NCBI RefSeq assembly: GCF_001194135.2
Contig: NC_068984.1
Span: 128,343,105 to 128,407,104 of the forward strand
Origin: Octopus bimaculoides
Lineage: Eukaryota
DNA: 64,000 nt
Reading direction: 5' to 3'
Shown here: in pieces, positions 25,400 to 38,330 of the stretch
Numbering within the stretch: position 1 is the first letter of the stretch
Layout of the letters: each line of letters opens with the position of its first letter
Made by a program: the position numbers and the translations under genes
The notes under the pieces: generated by a model
The model's database searches: none
The model's input: only the letters and a program-made list of their open reading frames with translations
Told to the model about the DNA's origin: nothing

Positions 25400-25755
25400 C
25401 TCAGTATTCAAAAGTACATGTGAGTGTGTATGTGTGTCTTCTACAATAGCCCTGGGCCAACCAAAGCTTTGCAAGTGGATCTGATAGATGAAAACTGAAA
25501 GAAGCCCATAGAATGTGTGTGTGTTTGGGTGTACCCTTGTCTTGATAATTGTAATGATTGTAAATGAACATCACAGTCATAGAAGCAATGTTTTTCATTT
25601 CCAGTTCTCAATGAAAAACATGTCTGGCAATGGGAAATACTACCTTGCTTGGAAACAGGTGAGGGTTGGCAACTGGAAGGGCATTTGGCTGTAGGAAACC
25701 TGCTTCAATATACTTTATCTGATTCATGTAAGCATACTAAAGGATGATGATAATG
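25400..25755 (+). mobile_element. SINE A2 (head A part plus RTE tail)
   Basis: GGGCCAACCAAAGCTTTG...GAAAGAAGCCC, then TG tract, then GGGAAATACTACCTTGCTTGGAAACAGGTGAGGGTTGGC and GATGATGAT. Confidence 0.7.
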
Positions 25756-26161
25756 ATACACACACACACATGATGATTCCTTATGTATTACAGCATGTAA
25801 AACAAACACCCACATCTTATAGCAAACTAAATTAACATGTGGCTTAATGGTATTCATTTAATTAAATATATAACAAAAAAAGCAGACAATTATCAGCTGT
25901 TTGATGACGAAAATTCATATGTTTCCTGGAAATGTAATATAAAACTTCTAGCCACAAGGTAGAAAACACAGTCAAACTTCTACAGTAATGAAGACATAAA
26001 AAAAAAAAAACACATAATTAAGTTCAAAAATATTCATGAAAGGACAAAGCCATGAATATAGAGAAACATGAGGATCACTGATACAATAACAAAATTAAAA
26101 GCACAAATAAATTAAAGTAAAATCTATTGAATGAATTAATCATTTCAGCAGAAACATCACA

Positions 26162-26206
<45 letters not shown>

Positions 26207-26806
26207 CAAAAATAATAAAAATCACATAATGTATTTTATATTCTCAGCACACAATAATGGAAGTTGAATAAAGAAATTTACAATAACCTTCTACATAACA
26301 AAAGATATACTAATTACAATGGAATCAGCATAATAAAATGCAAGTAGAACACATAGCAATCAAAGTAAGCATTCATGAAGGAAGTCTCTGTGAGATTACA
26401 CAGTCTGTCAGAAACAGCAGTGATATTCTTCTTCAAATCATATTCTATTGTCTTAAAAAGAAAGGAAGGACATATTGGTATAATGTAGTCCCACTAACTT
26501 TATGTCTGAATATAAAATGAGAGAGTTAATGGTTGAAATATTTTGATTAGTAGGTTTACTCAATCAGGACTGAACTAGGGCCAAACTACAATGGTTGTTT
26601 GATTTAGGAAAAAGGTTAGCAACCTTTAAGGGGTTAGGGGTTAGCAGATTACATTGTCCACAGTACTTGGTTGGTACTTTTAATGAAATTCTGAGGTCTA
26701 TTAGAAATAGCAGTAAAATCACATTCAAACAGTCTTAAAAAGGGAAAGGCTATATCAGATAATGTGGTCATCTGTGGACATGTCTGGAAAAGAAAAACAA
26801 GTATAT

Positions 26807-27188
26807 AGGTGCAGGAGTGGCTGTGTGGTAAGAAGCTTGCTTCCCAACCACATGGTTCTGGGTTCAGTCCTATTGCGTGGCACCTTGGGCAAGTGTCTTC
26901 TACTATAGCCTTGGGCTGGCTGGAGCCTTGAGTTGATTTGATAGGCGGAAACTGAAAGAAGCTTGTTGTATGTGTGTGCTTGTCCCCCACCACTGCTTAA
27001 CAACCAGTGTTGGTGTGTTTACATCCCCATAATTTAGCGGTTTGGCAAAAGAAATCGACAGAATAGGTACTAAGCTTAAAAAAAAAAGAAAGTACTGGTG
27101 TTGATTAATTTGACTAAGAATTTCTGAAGGTGATGTCCTAGCATGGAGGCAGTCTAATGACTGAAACAAAAAAAACGATAAAAGATAT
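26807..27188 (+). mobile_element. SINE A, full length
   Basis: tRNA-like head with A-box-like TGGCTGTGTGG and B-box-like GGTTCAGTCC, a central TG tract, and the tail GACTGAAACAAAA..GATAAAAGAT. Confidence 0.85.
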
Positions 27189-27511
27189 GAGATGATATAC
27201 ACATACATAGACAATGGGCTTTCTGCACGTTTCAGACTTAAAAGATTTCAATCACAAGGCATTGGTTAACCTAATAGTTGGAGCAAAGACAAAACAACTT
27301 AGTAGTGAACAGTTATACTTGCTTCCAAGTGTTATAATGTATGTAAGGGGCTTCTTTCAGTTTTCATCTACCAAATCCACACAAGGCTTTAGTTGGTCTA
27401 ATGTTATAGAAGACACTCAAGGTGCCACATCGTGGGACTAAACCTGAAACCATGTGGCTGGAAGTAAACTAATCAACCACATAAATCATTAATATAATCT
27501 ATCTTATTAGG

Positions 27512-27730
27512 GCAATGAGCTGGCTGAACCGTTAGTGCACTGGGCAAAATGTTAGAGTGGCATTTCGTCAGCCTATACGTTCTGAGTTCAAATTCTGCCA
27601 AGGCTGACTTCACCTTTCATCCTTTTGGGGTCAATAAAATAAGTACCAGTTAAACACGGGTCGATTTAATCAACTTAATCCCTTCACCCAAAATTGCTGG
27701 CCTTGTACCAAAATCTGAAACCAATATAAT
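27512..27730 (+). mobile_element. SINE B
   Basis: GAGCTGGCTGAACCGTTAG...GTTCAAATTCTGCC...CATCCTTTTGGGGTCAATAAAATAAGTACCAG. Confidence 0.8.
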
Positions 27731-27756
27731 CTACCTTATCTTCTTACTTGGATTGG

Positions 27757-28103
27757 ATCTTTTACTTTTATTTGTTTCAGCCATTGGACTGCCTGCAGCA
27801 ATGCTGTTGAATAAATTGACCCCCAGGACTTATTTTTAAGCCCGTTTCTTATTCTATCAATCTCTTTTGCCGAACTGCTAATTCATGGGGATGTAAACAA
27901 ACCAACACTAGTTGTCAAGCAATGGTGTGGGACAAATACACACACACAACAAGCCTCTTTCAGTTTCTGCCTACCAAATCCATTGACAAGGCTTTGGCCA
28001 GCCTGGGGCTATAGTAGAAGACACTTGCCCAAGGTGCCACACAGTGAGACTAAACCTGGAACCAGGTAGTTTGGAAGCAAACTTCTTACTACACGGCTAC
28101 ACC
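27757..28103 (-). mobile_element. SINE A, full length
   Basis: Reverse-complement homolog of 26807-27188. Confidence 0.85.
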
Positions 28104-28245
28104 TAAAGTAAACATTTCACATTTTTTGCTGATTTCTTAAAATAGAAGTTTTATTTTCAGTTACTGCATCAATAAATTCCTATTAACAAAGTAACTCCGA
28201 AAACCTATAAGTTTACCTTGTATAAATATAAAAAAAACATTTATT

Positions 28246-28628
28246 TGTCGTCGTCGTGGCACTCCATCGGTTACGACGACGAGGGTTCCAGTTGATTCAA
28301 TCAATGGAACAGCCTGCTCGTGAAGTTAACGTGCAAGTGGCTGAGCACTCCACAGACGTGTACCCTTAATGGAGTTATCGGGGAGATTCAGCGTGACACA
28401 GTGTGACAAGGCTGGCCCTTTGAAATACAGGTACAACAGAAACAGGAAGTAAGAGTGAGAGAAAGTTGTGGTGACAGCAGGGTTCGCCACCACCACCACC
28501 CTGCTGGAGCCACATGGGGCTTTAGGTGTTTTCGCTCAATAAACACTCACAACGCCTGGCCTGGGAATCGAAACCGTGATCCTACGACCGTGAGTCCGCT
28601 GCCCTAACCACTGGGCCATTGCGCCTCC
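28246..28628 (-). mobile_element. SINE C with 11-bp TSD
   Basis: tRNA-like head (TGGCCCAGTGG, GGTTTCGATTCC on minus). AAACATTTATT occurs at 28235-28245 and 28629-28639. Confidence 0.9.
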
Positions 28629-28890
28629 AAACATTTATTGATACTATAACAAAAGAGAGAAACTCAAAAGTGGTGCTGTGTTCTAATGTGTTCCACCTTT
28701 CTTAAGATGACAGAGTATGATTTAAGAGAAAATTGGCTGTTATTTCTAGCAGATCAAGCTATCACATACAAACTAACTAGTCTTATGTTTGTGCTATTTT
28801 ATGATATAGTGAACAGGTGCTTATTGGTTGCTAATGTATTGTAACATAACTAACCAAACACTATGTTCTGTAACAATATTTTCTAATTAC

Positions 28891-29224
28891 CGAGCGGGAT
28901 CGTTTGCCAGTGCCCCCGGACAGGCTCGTGTGCGGGCGACACATGAAATCTTTCGAGCGGGATCGTTGCCAGTGCCCCTGGACTGGCTCATGTGCGGGCG
29001 ACACATGATATCTTTCGAGCGGGATCGTTTGCCAGTGCCCCCGGACTGGCTCATGTGCGGGTGACACATGAAATCTTTTGAGCGGGATCGTTGCCAGTGC
29101 CCCTGGACTGGCTCATGTGCAGGCGACACATGATATCTTTCGTGCGAGATCGTTGCCAGTGCCCATGGACTGGCTCTTGTGCAAGTGACACATGAGGTTT
29201 TTCGAGCAAGATCGTTGGCGGTGC
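28891..29224 (+). repeat. 62/63-bp tandem array in the RTE 3'UTR
   Basis: Units start at 28891, 28954, 29016, 29079, 29141 and 29203 and continue into a gap. Confidence 0.9.
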
Positions 29225-29709
29225 NNNNNNNNNNNNNNNNNNNNNNNNNNNNNNNNNNNNNNNNNNNNNNNNNNNNNNNNNNNNNNNNNNNNNNNNNNNN
29301 NNNNNNNNNNNNNNNNNNNNNNNNNNNNNNNNNNNNNNNNNNNNNNNNNNNNNNNNNNNNNNNNNNNNNNNNNNNNNNNNNNNNNNNNNNNNNNNNNNNN
29401 NNNNNNNNNNNNNNNNNNNNNNNNNNNNNNNNNNNNNNNNNNNNNNNNNNNNNNNNNNNNNNNNNNNNNNNNNNNNNNNNNNNNNNNNNNNNNNNNNNNN
29501 NNNNNNNNNNNNNNNNNNNNNNNNNNNNNNNNNNNNNNNNNNNNNNNNNNNNNNNNNNNNNNNNNNNNNNNNNNNNNNNNNNNNNNNNNNNNNNNNNNNN
29601 NNNNNNNNNNNNNNNNNNNNNNNNNNNNNNNNNNNNNNNNNNNNNNNNNNNNNNNNNNNNNNNNNNNNNNNNNNNNNNNNNNNNNNNNNNNNNNNNNNNN
29701 NNNNNNNNN

Positions 29710-29919
29710 GGCCGTTTTCGTGCGGGTGACACGTAAAAGCACCCACTACACTCTCTGAGTGGTTGGTGTTAGGAAGGGCATCCAGCTGTAGAAACTCTGC
29801 CAAATTAGATTGGAGCCTGGTGTTGCCATCCGGTTTCACCAGTCCTCAGTCAAATCGTCCAACCCATGCTAGCATGGAAGGCGGATGTTAAACGATGATG
29901 ATGATGATGATGATGATGA
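29710..29919 (+). mobile_element. Young RTE 3' end
   Basis: Near-identical to 11634-11868, with a (GAT)n tail. Confidence 0.85.
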
Positions 29920-30569
29920 CAATGACCAGGCTTCTAATCAAATATTATAATTATTACATTATCATATTTTCTCTAAAATACCAGAGACAATGGAGCTAAC
30001 ATCATATTGATATTGTAAACGAAAATAAAAAAAAGATGAATATATTAAAGAATAGACCAGATTCATACCAGCTACCAGACATCCATTTCAAACATATGTG
30101 AAAGCCAAAATCTATGTTAAAAAGCCTATTTTAGACAAAAAGAAATAAAATTAATTAGTGAATAAAATGAATTAGTTGTTAAATGAGTATATTTAATGTC
30201 ACATGCTCAGAGGTAGGGGATGAATAAAAGATTCATTAAATAGATTTGTAAAATGTTAACCAAATTACCTTCACTATACATTCACGTTACACTGCTTTAC
30301 AAGGCAATACATCTGACACATACATCATATGGTTTACTTCTGACAGGGTAATCTGCAGACTCTACCGTTTGAAGCAATAATCTTGTTGCTGATCACTGAA
30401 TGCTGCTGCAGTGAGCCAAAGTTTTGCTGTCAACGTCCTATAAAATAGAAAGCAAATCTTTGCAAGAAAGATTTACAGACGTTTATTGCAGCTTTTCAGC
30501 AGCAATAAATGTCTGGATGTTAAGATAGTATCATATAACCGTTTAACTGATGTTCTGAGAGAATAGCAT

Positions 30570-31070
30570 CATCCTCATTTGATGCCGGTTTTCCATGCTG
30601 GCATGGGTTAGGTGACTTGATAGGATTTGGCCAGCCAGAGAGCTACCCAGGCTCTAATTGTCTGTTTTGGCATACTTTCTATGGCTGGATGCCCTTCCTA
30701 ATGCCAACCACATTACAGAGTGTGCTGGGTGCTTTATACGTGACATGGGTGGTTTGTGCGTGGCACCGACGCGAGTGCTTTCCTACACCGCACTGGCACA
30801 AGTGCTTTTCTACATCGCACCAGCATGAGTGCTTTCCTACATAGCACAGGCACAAGTGCCTTTTTATATGGCACAGGCACAAGTGCCTTTTTATATGGCA
30901 CAGGCACAAGTGCTTTCCTACATAGCACAGGCACAAGTGCCTTTCTATATGGCACAGGCACAAGTGCTTTTCTATATGGCACCAACATGGGTGTTTTTAA
31001 CATGGTACCGTCACCGGTGTTTTTTACTTACATGGCACTGTGAGGAGTGCTTTTTACAGAAAGACACGAA
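30570..31070 (-). mobile_element. Old RTE-type 3' end with an internal 27-bp minisatellite (about 30762-31070)
   Basis: Tail CATCATC...TTCCATGCTGGCATGGG, followed by about 11 units of GCACAGGCACAAGTGCCTTTTTATATG. Confidence 0.75.
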
Positions 31071-31814
31071 AAAAGTAAATGAGGCGGTGTGAATCCAAGA
31101 CTACACTATCCAACATCCCTTACTAGGTTTCAAGAGAATTCCTTCTCTGTTCTTTTCTATCTTATGAATTACATGGCAACCTCAGAAGTGCTTGTGGCTT
31201 GAAAAAAGCACTCAATACACTGTCAAGTGGTTGGTGTCAGGAAAGGCATCTAGCCTTAAAAACCAAATCAAAAGATGACATTGGAGCTTGATGCAGCCTT
31301 GTGGCTTGCTGATTCCCTATCAAACTGTTCTACCCATGTAAAAAGCGGATGCTAAATGATGATGAAGATTTAGCTACAATTTCTAGCAAACAGAATATCT
31401 ATATGGAGGCTGTTTCATTGTGATTGATTGTTCAGGTGAGACAGGTGTACAAATCATTGATTAAAAGGAAAGACAATGGTAGAAGAAATATGGATATAGA
31501 ACTGAAGGCTGTGTTGTATGAAACACACTTGTCTGCACAACTGCTGAAACAGATTAAACTTGTCATAATGAGCTAAGAAATCACTTGTTGGCTTGACAAC
31601 TTCAGACTCATACAGTGCAATACAACTAAAAGAGCCACAATTGAAAAATGAAAAAGCACAAACTAAATGTAATTTCAGTGTAAATGTGGCAATTCCTTGT
31701 TAGGAAGCACCATCTGAAAGCTACACGCTGGCATCAAAGAACATGTGCAAACAGATACATCATTCCAAAAATACCCAGAGAAATTCCACACTCAGGACTT
31801 TACAGTTAACATCC

Positions 31815-32250
31815 TAGGCATGGACGTGGCTGTGTGGATAAGAAGTTTGCTTCCCAATCACATGGTTTGGGGTTTAGTCCCACCTTAGGGAAATGCCTTC
31901 TATTATGTCCCCAGGTCAACCAAAGTCTTGTGAGTGGATTTGGTAGATGGAAACTATAAAAAACCTGCTGTGTGTGTGTGTGTGTGTGTGTGTGTGTCTC
32001 TCTCTCCTCATCTTGACATGGCATGGTAGTTGTAAATGAGTATCACTGTCACACACACCCAATGAGTGTACTTCATTCCCAATATTCTGTAAGAACATTT
32101 CTGGCCATGGGGAACTATTACCATGCCTAGAAATGGGTGAGGGTTGGTGGCAAGCAGGGCAACCAGCTGCAGAAAATGTGCCTCAATAAACTCCATCCAG
32201 CCCATGCAACATGGGAAAGTGGAGGTTAAAACAATGGTGATGGTGATCAA
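31815..32250 (+). mobile_element. SINE A2, full length (head A plus RTE tail)
   Basis: Head GTGGCTGTGTGGATAAGAAGTTTGCTTCCC, then (TG)n, then a tail ending CCCATGCAACATGGGAAAGTGGAGGTTAAAAC..GATGGTGAT. Confidence 0.8.
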
Positions 32251-35200
32251 GGGAGCAGAATGTAACACAGGCAATTTAAGGACTAAAAAAGCCATATTCA
32301 TTATTAAATTGAAACCATCAAACAACAGGTAAGAATTACATGAGGCAAACTGGTTAGTGTAACAATACCATGCTGTACATGTCACAATCCCTTCCCACAT
32401 ATCTGAGCAAAAGATACCAGCTCAACACCTATCCTCCATTTTTTCCTGATGAAGTGTTATTACACCTGGAATAAGACAAAATTTAAACTGCTGCATTGTC
32501 TTCCTTCTGTTTTCAGTCTGATATTTCAATTTACATTGTATCAGTTTTTGAACAATTTTGACAAATGACCAAATCAATTTGGTATATGATTGGAACATAT
32601 TTTAACCAACTTCAGAAGAATGGAAACTAATGTTGATCTGGGTAATATTTGAACTTAGAAGATGGAAACATTCACCTGGCACTCTCTTATTTCTGTAATA
32701 ACTTTTTATATTCTATAAGAGGAGTAGAAGAAATTTATTATTTCAGGCTTGGCTCTGTATCTTTCTACAAAGTATGAAGAAATGAAGTACTTTTATTAAA
32801 AAAAAAAAAACCCCCAAAAAAACCACATAACGAGCTATTAACTAATTTCCCTCTATATTTTACTAGATTGTTCTGGAATCACATACAAATTAAGGCAAAC
32901 AATGTATACTGCTATTAAAGATGGAACCATTTTGTAATTCTAACTCAACTGGAAAGTAACAGTATTTAGTGAAGCTGAACGAGCCAGTGAATAGATGTAG
33001 ATTATTGATCTGTAATAAGGTGGAGATCACCAGCTCAGTTACTTAGACTGTTGATAGCAACTAAATGCTATTGTTAATAATTGCCTGGCTACAGCTACAA
33101 GAGGAGGGAGGGAATAGGTAATGGGGCAAATAAATGGAGCAAAAACACCACGGTTGGAAAAACACAGCAATTATATTATTGTAAATAGATGATGATGGAG
33201 GGCAGAAATGGCAGAGTGGTTTACAAATAAAGTCGTGCAGTATTTAGTTACACTCCTTTATATATGGATTTCAAACTTTGCCTTTCACCATTTTAAGGTT
33301 GATAGAATAGGTAGCAGTCAAATATTAAAGGCTGAGAGTAATTTGACTGAGTTCTCTATGATTATTAGAGAAAGAGACATCACCTACTCCCCCACACTTA
33401 TTTCTGGTCCCTCTGCTCTACCCACTCCTACCTGCCTTGTATCTTGAAGGTCTAGCCTGACCCCTTCATTACTATTTTTATTACTTTCCATCTCCACTCA
33501 ATCACTCCCACCATCTCTTCTAAAATGTCAGTTGTCATGTAACTCCACCTCAGCAAAAAAACCTGTTCTGGTTCAACCTTTTTCTCTCATACTTTACCCT
33601 TCTTTACTCTTCATCACCTAGCATAAAAGTTGTCCCCTTGGTATTTACTAGTAACATGAAGAAAAGTACCCAGTACACACTGTAAAGTGGTTGGTGTTAG
33701 GAAAGACATTCAGTCATAAAAACCATGCCAAAGCAAACACTGGAGCATGATGCAGCCCTTGGACCCATTGGGTGCTGTAAAACCATCCAACCCATGCTAG
33801 CATGGAACATGAATATCAAATGATTATGAGGATGATGAAAGGTGGTAAAAATTTGTCCAGAATCAACTCTAAATATCGGCACACTCACAATTATCTAAGT
33901 AATAACATGCTTACACAGGCACATGTAAATGTCTGATCAAGGATAGTTAAGCTTTCTGAAAATATCCAGTGATCTACAGATCAAGAGTTCAAATTCTGCT
34001 GCAAGTTATTGTTATGGCTCAGTCAGAGTGAAAAAGGCAGCACTCATGACTTTACTGTATTAACTCCAAGACTGACAAAGAGAAAGGGAGGAAGAGACCT
34101 CACCACATAAGTTGTTGGATGCATTATTCTCTGATTGGTGACCTGGCCTGGATGCTTGTAATGAAGTGAACATTGTTAAAGGCAAATAAGAGTCAAAGTA
34201 GTGATGTTAAACCAGATGAGAGAATAAAAGAATATCACCTGCCTTTGTCATCAAATGTGACAAACTTCCTTCACCAAATGTGACAACTTGCTTGCAGCGT
34301 CTTGATATACCTATCTAAGTAACACAATAGAGATAGCCCCACTCCCACCAACAATATCTTCATACCTCCCTTTTCCATACCTTTCTTTCTATTTATATCC
34401 ATGTAACAAAGACAACTTTTTTTGTCAAGGCACATCAAATCTCCACCTTGTCATTTCCATTTGATAGATGACACCTTCCTCTTCTGAATCAAGGGAACAT
34501 ACGAATGAGATCTGGACTTCACAAGCCTGTCTTAAAGGACAGGAACTCTGAATAAGGACCGACACAGAGTAGCAGAGATTTTCAGTCCTCTTCACAAGGG
34601 GCAACCCCTCGTAATGCTGGTGAGATAATAAAATGCACCCTGGTACATTGTAAAGTGGTCGGTGATAGCAAGGGTATCCATGCTCAAAATGGAATAGCAG
34701 TCTCTTTAGCGTTGGCAGCATACAACACCAAAGTGGGTTGATCTCTGTTACTAAGTGTAAGATGATATGGACCATGACAATATGACCAAGCACTCAATCC
34801 ATTCCCTTATGGAAAAGCAGATGTAAAATTGATGTGTTTGTGTGTTCATGTGTGTGTAATTACGATTGAAATAAGGATAATTATACAATTAATGAACTTC
34901 ATAAAGGAAAGTTAATTAATGCTAGACATAAATAAAAACTGAATAACAGAAGATATTTCTGTTGTAAGTTGCAATAATTTAAATTCCATTGTCTTAGATA
35001 ATGAAAATGATGTATCATAAAAGCTAGAGGGGGGGGGGGTAATGACTAGGTGGAGTGGGGTTATAACTGATTGCCTTGTGCTATTTATTCTGGCTTGCAT
35101 TCTGGTTTCAAATACATGCAAGGTCAACTTTGCCTTACATTCTTCCAGAGCTGGTATGTAAACTATCAGTTTAGAGTGGTGGGCTGGCAGAATCATTTGA

Positions 35201-37350
35201 ACACTGAATAGGATGCCTTGTGGTATTTCCTCTAGATCTTAGCATTCCAAGTTCAAATCCTGCTATAGACTATTGGACTGGTTGACTTAGTCCATGACCT
35301 GTCTTTTAGTGTCTTTAATGGAAATCATTTGTTGCAAGCTTTTTGGCTATGTATCCAGTCTGAGGATACCTTCCTACCCATCTCACTAGTCTCAAGAGGC
35401 CCTATAAAGGACTGTGGGCACTGCCCTTCTCTGATTATGTAAAAAAAAAAAAGCTTCAAGGGTCATCAATGACATTTGGAAATTTGTAACACGCTGTGTA
35501 ATAATAATATATATCATAAACAATATACTTAATAGCAATCCATACCATAAGGAAGCATATGTGATACTTTAAAATTTGTTTCCCTACTGATAATCAATGG
35601 CAAGCTACATGTGCGTGTATACACACACGCATGTGTGCACACACTCACACACACACACACATGTACATACGTAAATGTGTGGGTGTAAATGTGTTTACTT
35701 CTTGAGACATAAGTTTCTATGTTGCTCTCTATGCAAACAGTAAGGGTGTATATTCAATCTTCTACATGTAAATTATATCAACAATGGTGTACTGCCAACT
35801 GAGTAATAAATAAGAGCAGAGAAAGACTTAAAGTCCATTATAGCTAGTCAAGTTGGTTGGAAATGAACTAAAGATACACCAGCAGACACTTGAATTTTCC
35901 TTTTCTTTAAATTCTAAAAGCTTTCCATTGGCTTCATATCATGACAGAAGTGGTAGACAGTTAACATTATAATATGATTTAGAGTAAATAAACCAGCAGA
36001 TTGAATGATAGAAAGAAGTGACAAGATAATATTTGACAGAAGCAGTAGATAATATTATAATGCAATTTAAAGTAAATAACCAGTAATGTTCCATAAAAGA
36101 AATTTCATGGATAATAGGTAATCATTTTGATTTTTTGACTTTGTACCTAAATTGTTTGAAATACCTTGCATTATCATGTATAACATGCAGTGTTGCACAA
36201 CTGCTAAAGGAGCAGCCAGTCTATTATAATCCAATATATTAAGTTTTAATATCATTTTAGATAAGTATAACCAGGGCTGTGTTAAGAGGCTTGGTTTCTA
36301 ACTATGAAGTCTTGGGTTCAATCCCACTGTGTTGCACATTGGAGCAAGTATCTTCTACTATCAACCGCATTACAAAATATGCCCTTTTTTATTTTTTAAA
36401 GATAATTATGTGTTACTTGAGGGAAATATAGTTGTTATTTCTAAAAGGTTGAGTAGCCATGCAGTGGCTCCTTCTTTGACTTGTTTAAGATGTGGTAATA
36501 AAGCAATGCAGATAACTGAAACATTATTTTCATGTCATGATTTTTAAAAAATGTTGAGATCAACATTAAATAAATAAAAACTACTTTAAACTGAACTAAG
36601 CAGCAAGTTTATTTCAGATTTAAAAAAAAAATCAAGTCAGCTTGTTTTTAAATAGACTGTTGTCAGCACATTGATTTTATTCCAAGGTTCTTTTGTGCNN
36701 NNNNNNNNNNNNNNNNNNNNNNNNNNNNNNNNNNNNNNNNNNNNNNNNNNNNNNNNNNNNNNNNNNNNNNNNNNNGGGAGAGTGAGAGCAGATGTTATAT
36801 CCCTTGTGAAATAAATGTAGAAATACAGAAAAACACAAGAGGAAACAGAAAGAAAGGAAATTGACTAGACACTATAGCAATTCTTTGTCACTGTAAAAAA
36901 AAAACAAAAAAAACAAAAAAAAAACAAGAAACAATAACTGAATGAGATATCTAAACTGAATAGATGACTGAATGGTCTTTGAAAGGTTTTATATGTTGCT
37001 TGTTGAGTTGATGGCCTTAAAAAGCCTATTTCAAAAATGAACACACTAGAGGTAGATTTTCTATTTCTTTGGAGAAGAGATTTTGAATACTTCAATGAAG
37101 ATGTAGAATCTGCTCCAAGTACATACATGGGGGCCATAGAAATATTTATGAAGACAGTTCAAAACAGGTTTATTGGTCTCTCTCTGTTTGAAGCATTACA
37201 TGTTTAGGCTATTTTCGTGCTGGTGTTTTAAATCATTGGATGAATCACACACAAGCTGCACTGTACATAAGAATTTTGGCTTTAAGCCATAAACATCTAT
37301 CTTTAGGAGTTTCTAAGACTACATTATCTAATGTATCTTTTCTTGTTTAA

Positions 37351-37555
37351 CCCTTTCGTCATCATATTTCTGTTGAGATGCTCTGTTTCTTTAAATTGAT
37401 TTTAAATATAACAAAGAATTTAGTAAATTAACTTAGTTATCATTAAGCTAGTGTTTGGAACATAAACTGTGACTAAGGTTTGGTGGAAGATTTTAATTCA
37501 GAACTTTTGAAAACAAGACATTTGTACTATTTCAGGCAGGTTGGTATCAAAAGGG
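37351..37555. mobile_element. piggyBac-like MITE
   Basis: TTAA/CCCTTT...AAAGGG/TTAA. A second copy lies inverted at 59415-59636. Confidence 0.85.
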
Positions 37556-37879
37556 TTAAGATGGTGCTGCTTGATTTGAGAGAAATTTAGCAATTACAAA
37601 ATTATTGTTGATTAGTTTAGCCTTGATTCAGCAAATTTATAATCAAAAGCATTCTAGTCATGACCATTTCATCTCTTTAGAGGCATTAAGAACTGCATTA
37701 TCCAATATGTTACTTTCCTTTTTACAAAATAATGGACTGTAGTTTGAAGAAAATTTCGTTACTATTTCTAGCAGTCATGTTGTGGCTCTATTCTTATATG
37801 TTGTGCTGTTACCTTACAACTCACAGAACAGTAATACTGTCTTTATAAGATCCTGTACATAACTTGGAACAAGGTCACA

Positions 37880-38330
37880 AATCTTCTAGGTTTGGTATGG
37901 GCTGGATGCTGTTCAGTAGAGATGGATGCTGTTCAGTAGAGATGGATTGCCAAGTATATATTTGGGTAGTTTGAAGATCGTGAAGATTTGCTCTGTGCAG
38001 ACATGCTGTGAGGCTGAAGATATGATGCAGACAACAGAAACCACATTGAAACATGTTGCCTGATTCTGGCCCACAAAAGAAAGCTCCTGATCTTTTGTTG
38101 TTAACCTCAGGCCAACCAGCATATCTACCAAGAAAGGTACTCCAGCTGTCATCAACCACTCCATTAGAGAGGACTACCTTATCCAATGTTTTCCTTTTTT
38201 TTTTTAAGATGGTAGAAGATATTGGAGCTATTTCTAGCAGGCCAATCAACTACATAGGGTTTCTCTGTTTATTCTGGAAGAGAAGTATGCAAATTGGAGT
38301 GACATAGTTGGAGACACATTGCAAGTATAA
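37880..38330 (+). mobile_element. Degenerate LINE RT 3' remnant
   Basis: Weak WAG..., LP..I..G.L pattern. A 20-bp tandem duplication lies at 37903-37942. Confidence 0.35.

Noticed and set aside
28891-29224. Regular ~62-bp repeats as a CRISPR array
   Set aside because: The units are contiguous with no unique spacers, the context is eukaryotic, and the array is part of a LINE 3'UTR.
30679-31092. Repetitive ORFs (AQAQVPFYM, STGTSAFL and similar)
   Set aside because: All frames stay open only because of the 27-bp minisatellite; there is no coding signature.
5520-36250. Stitching further small open exon candidates (about 5.7, 10.8, 26.4, 30.4, 34.1 and 36.2 kb) into a second gene
   Set aside because: Splice signals are weak or one-sided and I recognise no protein family, so the chance expectation is high.
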